NCBI GenBank assembly: GCA_964016885.1
Contig: OZ024747.1
Location: forward strand, 124,001-188,000
Length of the DNA: 64,000 bases
Direction: 5' to 3'
DNA from: Eledone cirrhosa
Lineage: Eukaryota
A program made the position numbers and the translations under genes. The notes beneath the pieces were generated by a model. The model had not been told where the DNA came from. It did not search any database and was given only the letters and a program-made list of their open reading frames with translations. Position 1 is the first letter of the stretch. Every line of letters begins with the position of its first letter. Shown piece after piece: positions 1-11,831 of the stretch.

Positions 1-361
1 ACTTTTAATATAAACAACTACAATAAACAATACAAAAACAAAATATTTACATACAATTGCAATTATCAGTGTATATACATTTTCTTTATATTCCCTGAGC
101 AAATTAATAAGATTTGTTTTTATTGTACATAATTTGATGACTTGTTGGAGTGTATTAAAAGATAGCAACAATTTGTGATTAAATTGTTATCTTAAGCAAC
201 TCACTTTTTAATAGTTGTTGGCTGAGCGAAATTGTAAAAGCCTATGAGCAAATCTAAAAAAAAATACACAAATAACATTTCCTTGTGTTATTACAACATT
301 AGATAAAATAATTGAGCAATGTCGTTATATTTTGCTCTTATTGCACATTAATAGTGTTTCT

Positions 362-520
362 ATTTTTCGGCACAAATCCATTACGGCAGTCCATTACTGG
401 TACTTTATTTTATCGAATTAGTAAGTATGAAAGTCGAAGTTAACCTCGGCAGGATTTGAACTTAGAATGCAAAGGACCATAACAATACTGCAAAGCATGG
501 TGTCTGACGCTCTACCAATA
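362..520 (-). mobile_element. tRNA-derived SINE copy
   Basis: Pol III B-box (GGATTTGAAC on +) and body shared with copies near 5150-5460, 6410-6550, 17330-17510, 17815-17965, 18430-18612 and 26230-26380. Confidence 0.75.
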
Positions 521-989
521 CTTGTGTTGAGCTGGTCATTAATTTATGGTGGTCGTGCGTGGAGTAGAGCAATCGCTAGTTGAAATATTATGAACAAAAC
601 ATTTTTATTTGCCGAAGAACATATTTTCAATACTGTTTGTGAATGTGACGAAGGAAATACATTCTGATATGGAACAGTGTACAAAGTGTGTCTGTGAATA
701 ACATAATGTTACCTCATGTTGTTGTCAAGACATAATGGATTTCGTATATCCAGTTAGAAGATGAAACCTAGCCATCTCGGATTAGTTATATTTCATGCCA
801 TGTGTAAACGTGTTTGAGGATAGCAAAATATGCGTGTTTCTTGTCTGGAAACTTTCTGCTAAACTGATTGGTTTCGTTTTTGGCACTATACAATACTCAT
901 CCAACAGATAGCTGTATTGGATCCTTGATTGGTTAATATTTAGGTGAGGGTGCTTGATGCAGAGTTAGTGCAAAATGGATCAATGAGTG

Positions 990-1641
990 TAATAATAATA
1001 ATGATAATAATAATGAAAATATTGTGTACAATGCTGAGGTGCACTACAACTCATCAAAAGTGCATATATAATACATAGGGTAATATAAAAACGTCATGAA
1101 AAAAGAACAGTGCATGAGTCATGATATACACATATGTGCATGTGTATGGAAGGGGGACATCAGGTGTAGTTTTGGTGTATTTCGGAATGTATGATGGTTT
1201 TAAAGGATGCAGTGTGTCATCAGCTAACAACTGATGCAGGAAGTTTGTTCCATCCTTCAGCAACTCTGAGCATGAAGAAATATTTCCTAAAGTCATGGGA
1301 GCTGTGTTGTTTTCTGACTTTGTAGGCATGTCCACGTGTTAGACGCATGGAGATCAAAAAGGTGTTCGGGGTTGTTGTTGGTCGGATGGTTAATAACTTT
1401 GTGGGTGTTTACCAAGTCCTTTGCCAGAGGGAAGCAAAATATTCAGGGTATGGTAGGTGTCTGATGGAGGGTATGCGCTTGGTTGCATGTCTCTGAACAG
1501 TTTCCAGGAGGTCAATGTTCTGAGCAAGATAGGGGTTCCAGACTGATGACGCGAACTCCAAGTGTATTCGTACCATAGATGTATACAGCTTTAAATAGAT
1601 GGCTGGAGAGCAGCTAATGAAGGTCTTGCTGATTGATGCCA
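990..1641 (-). mobile_element. 5'-truncated CR1/L2-type LINE (ORF2 end, 3' UTR, (TTA)n tail)
   Basis: ORF 1409-1642 has 'VRIHLEFASSVWNPY...LETVQRHATKRI'; colinear with 7005-7640. Confidence 0.9.
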
Positions 1642-1854
1642 AGTCAATCTTAATAAATTGACTGATTTATCTGTTCACTACTGCTAATCCACCGCTGTTT
1701 GTACAATTTTTTAGATAATGTCAATTTGAGCTTGAATCATTGGCGTAATGAAATTTGAAAAGATTATAAGCAAATCTTTTTTAAAATACACAGACAACAT
1801 TTAACTGTATCGTTGCAACATTAGATCTAATAATGGAGCAACATTTGTGCAGAA

Positions 1855-2319
1855 TTATTGTTTGTGCAATAAGATATTTGCAGATCTGTACTTGGTCTGC
1901 TCTTTAGCCAACTCGGTACGTTTAGAAGCTCTACGCTCGGCTTGCTTTTGAGATATAATAGCTGAATTTGCAGATCTATACTTGGCCTGCTTGTTTGCCA
2001 ACTCATACCGTTTTGAACATCTATACTTGGCCTGTTTTTGTGTTAATTTAGCAAAATTCACAGCTCTATAATCGGCCTGTTTTTGTCTCAACTTCTCCCG
2101 ATTCCGCATCCGGTAAGCTGCTTTCACATCCAATTGAATACGCCCATCTAGATTATTAGCACAGGAATGTGAACAAGCTTGTGGGACCGCATCATTGTAA
2201 GTATATGAACTGCCTGCAACATCAAGACCCAATTCACAAGTGCAGCGTTGCTCATTCACATCGGCAGTGGGGACACCAAAATCAGTGACAGGTCTCGATT
2301 CACTCGCGAGATACATCAC
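1855..2319 (-). other. Orphan ORF fragment with basic 15-aa repeats (xxKQAKYRxxN/K), probably transposon-derived
   Basis: 154-aa open frame in AT-rich intron; five 45-bp related units at about 1870-2100. Confidence 0.4.
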
Positions 2320-2347
2320 AGCTACACTATATATTTAAACATATATA

Positions 2348-2410
2348 CAGTGATACCTCGCTACTTGGCGGTTCAACTATCGCGGATTCACGATTTCGCG
2401 CATTTTTAGA
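2348..2410. mobile_element. pogo/Tigger-like terminal repeat fragment
   Basis: TA|CAGTGATACCTCGCTACTTGGCGG...ATCGCGG resembles Tigger/pogo TIRs; no partner TIR found. Confidence 0.4.
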
Positions 2411-2485
2411 ATATATATATGAACACCTAAAATTTTTCATTAAATCCATTAAAATATTAATAATAAACACAGTTCTAATCATACG

Positions 2486-2524
<39 letters not shown>

Positions 2525-2613
2525 TAAGTAATTAATACCGTATAAATGGTACAAAGACTGTTTATGTAAAATGTATTTCTCAACAGAGTATTGAATACTT
2601 AGGAGAAATTCAA

Positions 2614-2804
2614 AACGAAGAGTGATAAAATTTCAAGCAAAGAGTTTAATTAGGTAATGACTTACAAATTTGTTTCAGTATATAGACAAAGCCTGAAGCG
2701 CTAATTATAATAATTAGTTAATAATATTATATTAAAGATATACTGAAACAAATTTGTAAGTCATTACCTAATTAAACTCTTTGCTTGAAATGTTATCATT
2801 CTTC

Positions 2805-2807
<3 letters not shown>
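2614..2807. repeat. Inverted repeat, 70-bp arms (2614-2683 / 2738-2807), 54-bp spacer
   Basis: Arms are reverse complements with about 2 mismatches by eye. Confidence 0.9.
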
Positions 2808-2839
<32 letters not shown>

Positions 2840-3914
2840 TCTAGTCCTTCGCTCAAGATTAATCTATAAGTTTAGATGTCTGCCTTCGTTTAAGTAAATA
2901 TTACAGTAAGATTTTTAATATAAACAACTACAAAAAACAATTAATATTAAAACGAAAAAATTATCAATGATAAAAGAAGCGGATGCAACTTTTTTTTTTA
3001 TAAAGTTATATTCCTGTTTCTTTAAAGAACATTTCATTTTTGTTCTATTGTAGGCGAAATAATGCAATGGTTTAATAGGGAAGATATAACTTACCAATTA
3101 TGTCTCGAACCGTGTAACGCTTTTTAAGTAGATAACTACAATTGAAAATACTAAAGAAATGGAACCAACAATTCAATTTGAAAGTCGTCTACTTATAGTG
3201 ACAGTGTATTACTGGTACTTTATTTTATCGACCCCCGTAACGATGAAAGGCAAAAATGCAAATGTTTAAAATTTAAATTGCCTTAATTCTATCGTCTGCT
3301 GTTTCATTAAAGGGAGATTCTCGTCTGTATTTAATTCTATCGTCTACTGTTCCACTAAACAGATATACCTCCACTATCGTCTCTATTTATACATTTTAAC
3401 TTATAACTTATACACATTTGATTTGAAATATTTTATCTAGTCCCCCCCTCTCAATATTATGATGATTTCTTTCGAATGAAACAGTTCTAGTCCTGTAGAA
3501 GCCATTTATATATATAATTGAACTGAGTTAAAAATTCACAATATTTATAATTAAATAAGCTCATATATATATGTGTGTATTTATCTGTTTATTGTATTAT
3601 ATATAATGTGTGTATATACAGGATGTCCCCCAAAAATATATACACACTTCAACAGCATTCTAATAACTATTGCCTGTACAGGTAATCAAAGTGTCAATCG
3701 AATGTTAGTTTCGTGTTTTAACAGTACAAATTTACAATACACACATAACACACATAAAACCAGTGTATATACATACATGAATGTGTATACACATACATGA
3801 ATGTGTATATACAATATATATGTATATATATATAGACACATATATTCACGGTGCAACGGAACATTAAAATATAGATGCGGGAGGGGGGTGTATATATAGG
3901 GGCGCTGGGGATAA

Positions 3915-4180
3915 AGGAGTGTAAAGCGTGTGTAATTGATATATTGAAGGAGAGGAGCGTGCAGCGATAGAGTAAGAAATATATAGAGAGGGGGAGAGAT
4001 GGTATTGAAGGGGAGGAGTGCAAAGCGAAAGAGTAAGAGATATATATAGAGACGGAACAGATAGAGAGAAACAGGCGTAAGTAACAGTGGAAGAGATATA
4101 TAGAGAGGGGGAAATGTGTTATTGAAGGGGAGGAGTGTAAAGCGAAAGCGTAAGATATATATAGAGAGAGGGGGAATAGT
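3915..4180. repeat. Degenerate purine-rich tandem repeats (attgaaggggaggagtg.aaagcgaaagagtaaga...)
   Basis: 3-4 related units visible. Confidence 0.7.
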
Positions 4181-4297
4181 ATATATATATATATATATCA
4201 ACACTTACTCTGATTGGTTGAAAATTAGCCAATGACATACGATCACCACCACCACCACGGCTATCCCCGAAAAATTTATGAAGAAGCTAGGCATATA

Positions 4298-4352
4298 TGT
4301 TAGAACACGAAAAGTGAACATTCTGTTGTTTCACACTTTTCGTGTTCTAACA
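4298..4352. repeat. Hairpin with 19-bp perfect stem (TGTTAGAACACGAAAAGTG ... CACTTTTCGTGTTCTAACA)
   Basis: Direct reading of both arms. Confidence 0.85.
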
Positions 4353-5604
4353 GATATATATTTTTTCCATTAATATTTTTTATTATTCAGTTATATAAAT
4401 AACATTACAAATAAAAAAGAAATTATACAATGATGGAAATGTTAAAAATAAAAACAAAATAATGAAGAAGGGGAAAGGTAAAGATGGGTAGATCTGGCTG
4501 TATGGGATAGTAGATGAAAGGACTATAAATACCATAAAGGAGAGGAAAAGCAAAGACTCTTGGACCACAAGAAAGGGAGAGGGGAAGGGGAGAGGGTGAT
4601 AGGCTCTGGGCCTATACTGGAGTGGGGCTGTTTAGGCTGCGACACACAGGCAAAACTGCAAAGGTATTTCTGTGGACAATGGCCAACGACACCCACTATA
4701 ACAGCCACACCACCTCGCGGGGCTCCTTCAGATGGGCTGCCGACGTTCCAATTTTGCAGAGGTTCTTGGCAGTACCGAACTAAAATATTGCCTCAAAAGG
4801 TTCCATCCAACTCATGCCAACATGGAAAATCAATGTGAATTCATTTTGGGTAGGAATAAATCTAGCTTATCAATGTATTATTTTTTTTTTTAATACTAGA
4901 GTAGTCATTTGCGACATAGGATATGGGACATATTTTCTTTTTTATTACTCAACCAAACTAGAGCAATTAGCCCAGGATTATATGTCTTGATGGATGTAAT
5001 CAGATTTCAGTTTAGGAGCTGTGGTAATTCAAGATGTTAAAGTGTTGCTTGTCTGATGCTCTGCACTCTATATTTATATCCTTCCGATGTTCACTTTTGT
5101 ACTTTTTCTCCTTTTGAGATCAATAAAGAATGTAGTAGCTTATTGTTTATTGGATCAATCCCAGTGCATTATTCATACTTTATTTTATTGATCTCGTAAA
5201 GTTAAATGGCAAAGCTAACCCTGATGCGATTTGAATTCGGAACTTAAAGGAATGTAACTATTATATGTTGCAAAGTATGTTGTCCGATGCTCTACCGATT
5301 ACTGCCAGTCCACCACCAGTGGTTAAGACAATAATGATTTCTGATTTAGACACAAGGCCATCAATTTTGGGGAGAGTAGAAAGTCAATTAAATTGACCCT
5401 AGTGCATTACTGGTACTTTATTTTAAAGAACCCGTAAGAATGAAAGGTGGGGTTAAGACAATAATAAAAGATCAATATATTTGTTCCAACTGATCGATAT
5501 ATCCTCTTCAGAATGGGGACCATATTCAGAGAAGGGGCAGAATTGTAGTCTATGATAGAAATTGTTTCGTTATAATGTTAACTTTGGAATCATGTGCTTT
5601 CAAG

Positions 5605-5730
5605 TTCAGTCCTATTATGTGGCACTGGGCAATGCCAGGGTCTTATACTATAGTACTGTGGGCAATGTAAGCGTCTTATGCGATAGCACCATGGGCAATA
5701 TAAGGGTCTTATACAATAGCACCAGGCCAA
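5605..5730. repeat. Degenerate ~33-bp minisatellite, about 4 copies
   Basis: Repeated 'gggcaatg...gtcttat...atag'. Confidence 0.7.
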
Positions 5731-5959
5731 TCAATGTCTTTTGAGTGAATTTTATATATCATCATCAACATTTGACATCTTGCTATTATTTTCCTTTCTT
5801 CTCTCTCTCATTAATTTCAAATGTATGTTAGCTGATAATATTTTAAGAAGAATATTTTCTGCCTTTTCTGACTTGTTTGTTTTTAATATGTATTAATGTG
5901 CAAGTATGACCATATCCAGCTGGACAAAACTAGTTATAAGACTATTTTCACTGTTACAG

Positions 5960-6080
5960 ATTGTCAACTGGGCTCAAATGGCTTTCTTTATGTATGGCGG
6001 ACACCCACACATGAAAATTGCAAATGAAAATGAATATGGATCAGGAATACCTACTAGTGTTGGCCCAGCATCATATCCTG
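5960..6080 (+). CDS. NUP155: NUP155 exon A ([18 protein letters not shown]...ASYP)
   Basis: ttacag|ATT acceptor; CCTG|gtaaat donor; phase 0 to 1. Confidence 0.92.
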
Positions 6081-9000
6081 GTAAATCATATTTAATTGTA
6101 GAGACTTGACACCCTCAATATAAATCATATTTAATTGAATAAATATTTAAACGTTATGTGAGATACACGAACACACACTCATCCACATCATCATCATCGT
6201 TTAACGTCTATTTCCCATGCTTGCATTGGTTATGTGTGTGTGTGTATATATATGATCCTGTAACTCCTGTTGGGAGTTATAGGCGGTAGTGGTATACAAC
6301 AGTTCTTGGTCATGTTAAGCCTGGTGGAGCCTATCTCATCTTTTCTTTCAGAAGATTTCTTCCAGAGAAGGATTGAAAGTGAGAGAAAGAAAACGAGAAA
6401 GAGATATAGAGGTAGAATTGACCCCAGTACTTTACTGGTACTTTTTTTATTGACCTCAAATGGATGAATGACAATGTTGACCTCGGTGGGATTTGAACTG
6501 AGAGAGAAGAGAGCCAGATTAAATACTGCAAATGATTCTGCCAACCTGCCCCCTCTCTATACACACACACACACTCTCACACACGCGCACTCTCACGCAA
6601 TTGTATTTATGAAACGAGCAAATTTTGAATGTATGTTAGCTTTAAGAAAGCTGTTTCAACCCAGCTTATTCTTTTACAATGAAAATAAAGAAGTCAGGCA
6701 GATAACTCACAACTGCTGTATGATACATTCAATATATATATATAAGCAAAATAATTGGAGAAGACAATACATTCAAAAACAATATATATATATATATATA
6801 TATATTGACCCACATATAAGATATAGTCAGTATCTATCTATATATATATACTAGACCACCCGTGACCTGTGGGGTCACGTTCTCTTCAAAATATTTTTTT
6901 AAAATCATGTTCACTTGAAAATAATTTTTAAATAATTAAAATATACACAGACATGTATATAATATGAAATGAAACTGGAAGGCCCATATGTGTGTGTGTG
7001 TATATAATAATAATAATAATAATAATAATGAAAATATTGTGTACAGTGCTCAGGTGCACTACAACTCATCAAAAGTGTATGTATAGTACATAGGGTAATG
7101 TACAAACATCAGGAAAATGAACAGTGCATGAGTCATGGTATACACGTGTGCATGTGTATGGAAGAGGGACATCAGGTGTAGTTTTGGCGAATTTCGGGAA
7201 GTATGAGGGTTTTAAAGGATGCAGTGTCTCAGCAGCTAACAACCGACGCAGGCAGTTTGTTCCTTGCTTCAGCAACTCAGCGTGAAAAAATGTTTCCGAA
7301 AGTCATGGGAGTTTTTTGACTTTGTAAGTATGTTCACGTGTGTTAGACACATGGAGATCAAAAAGGTGCTCAGGGTTGTTGTTGACGAGATAGTTAATAA
7401 CTTTGTGGGTGTTTACCAAGTCCATCGGAGCTTCAATGAATCTATGCCCAGGGAAGCAAAGCGTTCAGAGTATGGTAGGTGTCTGATGGTGGGTGTGCGC
7501 TTGGTTGCACGTATCTGAACAGTTTCTAGGAGGTCAATGTTCTGAGCAAGATAGAGGTTCCAGACTGATGATACGAATTCCGAGTGTGGTTGTACAATAG
7601 ATGACTGGAGAGCGGCTAACAAAGGTCTTGCTGAGTGATGCCAAGACACCCTCGGCCTTCTTGACAATTTTAGAGATGTGCTTCGTCCAACGCAAATCGC
7701 TGCTGACAGTAATGCCCAGGTCACGTTCACAAGAGGACTTCTTGATATCAGTGTTGTGGAGGGAGTATGTGGACGCTGGATTTTTCCTCCCAAAATGCGT
7801 GGTGATACACTTGTTCACAGCCAGCTTCAGTTACCAGTTTGTGATCCATTGCTGCATTGTGTCCAGGTCTGACTGTAGGAAAGAGTTATAGATTTCAGGA
7901 TCTGTCCTTTTGATTTCAAGGTACATCTTGATGTCATCTGCATATTTCAGTACTGTGGCATTCTTTAACCCTTTAGTGTTCAAACCGCCCGAAATTACTT
8001 CCCCTTCATTTGTTCAAATCGCCCGAATACACCCACACTAAAAAATCGTTCTAAAAATACACAAACCATCATCAAAATCTCATCAATTCGAGACTGCTGT
8101 GAGATTAGGCCTTTACCGCAAAAATTAACACTTAATATAGTGAAACAAGTTAAAACAACAAGTGTTTTTTTAACTTTGAAAGTGCAAAAAATTTTTTTTT
8201 TGTATCAACATGGCTTATGAAAGTAGCGATACCGACTTTGAAGTTTTTACATACGCCGACATTCAGAATAAACAAGAAACAAGCGATAATATTAGTGATT
8301 TATCTTCAAATGAATCTGATGTTTATATTTCTGAAATTTCGTCCGACGGTGATTGTTGTTTTGAAAGTGAAAACGAAGGAGACTCCAGGACGCCATTGAA
8401 AATATTACAGCATCGTGGTTAAAAAATACCACACTGATATATGTTCCCGATTTTATTCAAAATAATGGTCCATAACACACATTAACTCTCGATGCTAAAG
8501 CACTGGATTATTTCTTTTTGTTTTTACCACAAACTTTCTTCGAAGTTATGGCAGATGAGATTAATCGATATGCCCAACAACAGATTTCAAATCAAGGAAA
8601 ACCCTATCTGTTTGGCGACCGACAGATGCTGCGGAAATGCAAGCATTTTTTACCGTAAATATTATATTCGGTATAAAACAATTTCCAAGACTGGAATTAC
8701 TGGAACACTGATATAAGGTTTAGTGATCCTTACATATCAAGTATTATGCTGAAAACAACGTATTTAAAATTAAACCAGTATTTGCACCTGGTTGATACTT
8801 CAAATGCCCCTATTAATTAATTTCACCTGCCCATAAAAGTCAAATTTGACCAAAAAAATTAGGTAAAATTATATAATTGTAAATTATTGATATTTTAACA
8901 TCTGACAAAATTTCAAGCTTGCACATAGAAAATTAAGAACAAACAAATAAAATTGATAACCCTCTTAACTGAAAATAATGCAAACAGATAAGCATGACGT

Positions 9001-11799
9001 TTGAAAATTAATGCGAATACTAAAGGGTTAAGTTGGCATCTATGTCATTAATGTATGCAACAAACAAAAGGGGACCAAGAACAGATCCCTGTGGTACACC
9101 AAATGACATCTCATATGGTGAAGAATGCTGTCCCAGAACCGTGACTACCTCTTTTCGGCTGAGAATGAAGGATTTCAACCAGTTAAAAAGATCATCCTTC
9201 ACACCCATTGCAGAGAGTTTCACCATAAGTCTTTTGTGTGGCACAATTAAAAGCCTTAGCAAAGTCAAGGTAAACAACATCCACCCATGAGCTGCTGTCA
9301 GTGATCCGGGTAATGTCTTCAAGGAACTCGATCAGCTAATCACAGCAGCTGGAGTTAGGGATAAATCCAAATTGCGTGGGCCGGATGAGGCTGTGAGAGC
9401 TCCAGAAGTTCCAAAGTGTTTCTCTGACGCAGGATTCCATCAGTTTGGCAATACATCTAGTAAGACTGACTGGATGATAGTTGACAGGTGACGTGCGGTC
9501 GCCCTTTTTGAACAGGGGAATGACACTGGCAGTTTTCCACTGCTCCGGAGTAGCATCATTGTTGAGACAGTATTGAAAGAAGAAAGAAAGCTGGTGCAAA
9601 AGGAAGTACCCGCCACATTTGAGAAGCAGGCATGTAACACCATCAAGACCAGGGGAGTCATAGTTACGCTTTTTCTTAAGGTGATGTCGCAGCATTGCAG
9701 GTGTAAATTCCATAGTTGTTATGGAATTTGATGTTAGAGATGGTACATTCTCGTTTTCAACAGTAAAAATGCTTGCATAGCACTCAGCAATGAGTTCTGC
9801 ACATTCTTTGGGTCTTTGGGATCGTCAGTGATCTGGCTTGTGTGGGGATTGCGAAGAGGACCAACTGGAGAGTGAGGTCTCTGCTTTGAATGTACATATT
9901 TCCAGAACACCTTACTGTCAGGATTGGTTGCTATGCACTGTTCAAATTCAAGCACTGCCTTTTTTGTCACTTACTTGAGATGGTTGGAAGATTTATTCCG
10001 CTTTTTTCTGTCGGCATCTGATTTATGCAGTTTATATTCCCGTTCAGCATTCCGACGTTCTTTCCTGGCAAGTCGGACCGCTGAAGTTTCCCAAATTGCA
10101 CTTTTGGGTGGGTTTTTTTCTGCTTACGTGGCACTGATGCTGCACATGCTATCCATATTGAGTCCAGGATGCTCTGGAGTATAGTGTTCACATCTCCAGA
10201 GTTATAGAACTCATGCCAGTTTGGGCACTGTAGCTCAGTGCAGTACAAGTTCCAATCTGCTTTCTTCCAATCAGTCGCCTAGAGGTTCCTCAGTAGTACA
10301 ACTGATAACCACTTCAGGAGTAGTGGTGAAGAGCAGGTCCAAAATGTTGACACCTCTTGTTGGAGAGGTGACTACTTGGGACCAGTTTGAGTCCAGCACT
10401 AGCTCAAGGAAATCGTTTGCACTTTGTGGACAACGGAAGGTTTCCCAATCGATCTCAGGATGATTGAAGTTACCTGCAATAAACACATGAGTGGCTGTTT
10501 TCCTGGCAGCAGCTCTGAGGATATCGCAAAGCTGTGTGTCCTGATGGTAGTTTGGGGGGCGATAAACAACACCAAGCAGAAGTGTTGACATGGTCATACG
10601 TATGTCACAGAAAAAAAACTTCTTGTGATTGGTTCAAATCAACACAAGGAATTACCGAAAAATTTGAACAAACGTAGACCATCACACCACCACCACCACA
10701 GCGATTAATGCGGTCCTTGCGGAACAGGTTGTACCCAGCAATGCTGAAAACCCCATCACAGAGTAAGGAATGTTTCCGTGACTGTGATGGAAGTCAGGGT
10801 CGATGCTTCTGACGTAGGAGTTAAACAGATGTATCTTGTTGCATAAACTGCGAGCATTTAAGGACAACAATTTGTACCCTACTTGCAGTTTATGATGGTG
10901 TGTAGAGGATGGCAGGTTGTTCTGGTTTAGTTTCCCAGAGTTTTAGTTTTTTCATTGCCAGTTATTGTGGGTAGAGCGCACTCAGACCAGCTGGTATCTC
11001 TCTTCCCCGTTTCACCAGCCTTAACAAACCTCCAGATCTGCCCATCATCACGCAGACTAAAACTTTCATGTGCTGAGTTCCGATTCAAGGAAGCTGCAGC
11101 ACGTAGCTTTAGACGGACATCAGGTGGTAGGCTTGGGAGCGTTCGGAAGGTAATCCGATTTTCACGCCCAGCTTTAACAGAGGCCAGATGATATGAAATT
11201 GCCTCAGCGGGCTCCGAAAAAGACAGCCTGATGAGTCTGGGTTTTGGACCAGGTCGACCAAAGCGGAGAGCACCCTTTGGGGGAACACAGCCTAAGTCTT
11301 TCGCTGAGCTGGCAGCAAATGCCTGAAGATCAGCCTTGTCTTCTGGCACTCCAATGGCAATTACTTCATGGGTAGCAGATTCCGCGGTCTTCTCAGTGTG
11401 CCCAGATACGGCAAGAAGTACAGGGAGATTCTTTAGCAAGGCATTCCGATAAGACCCCTCATTGTGAGGTCCTACCCGAATGCTTGCTTTTATTCCTGTT
11501 ACTTCCCTTAAAGCAGAAATCATTTGTTGCAATTCTGTAAAATCTGTACTGGTCGATTGTTGTTGTTGCTGCTGCTGTTGTTCCTCCACGGGAATGCTAG
11601 GGGAAGACACAGTCGTTGGTTGTTGGTGTCGAGATGTACTGGGAGCAGAAGACATGGGTTGTTGGTGTCAAGATGTACTGGGAGCAGAAGACATGGGTTG
11701 TTGTTGTTTCTGATGTTCTCCCACAGGAATAGCAGCCGAAGCCAGTGTTGTAGGTTTTTGCCGTTGTTCAGTAACAATGGTAGAGGAAGATAGTCATCG

Positions 11800-11831
<32 letters not shown>

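Noticed and set aside
3686-4204. 172-aa hydrophobic minus-strand ORF
   Set aside because: Translation of low-complexity (TA)/(GA)-rich repeats
1-5959. Further upstream NUP155 exons
   Set aside because: No segment with both splice sites and recognisable Nup155 sequence; treated as intron
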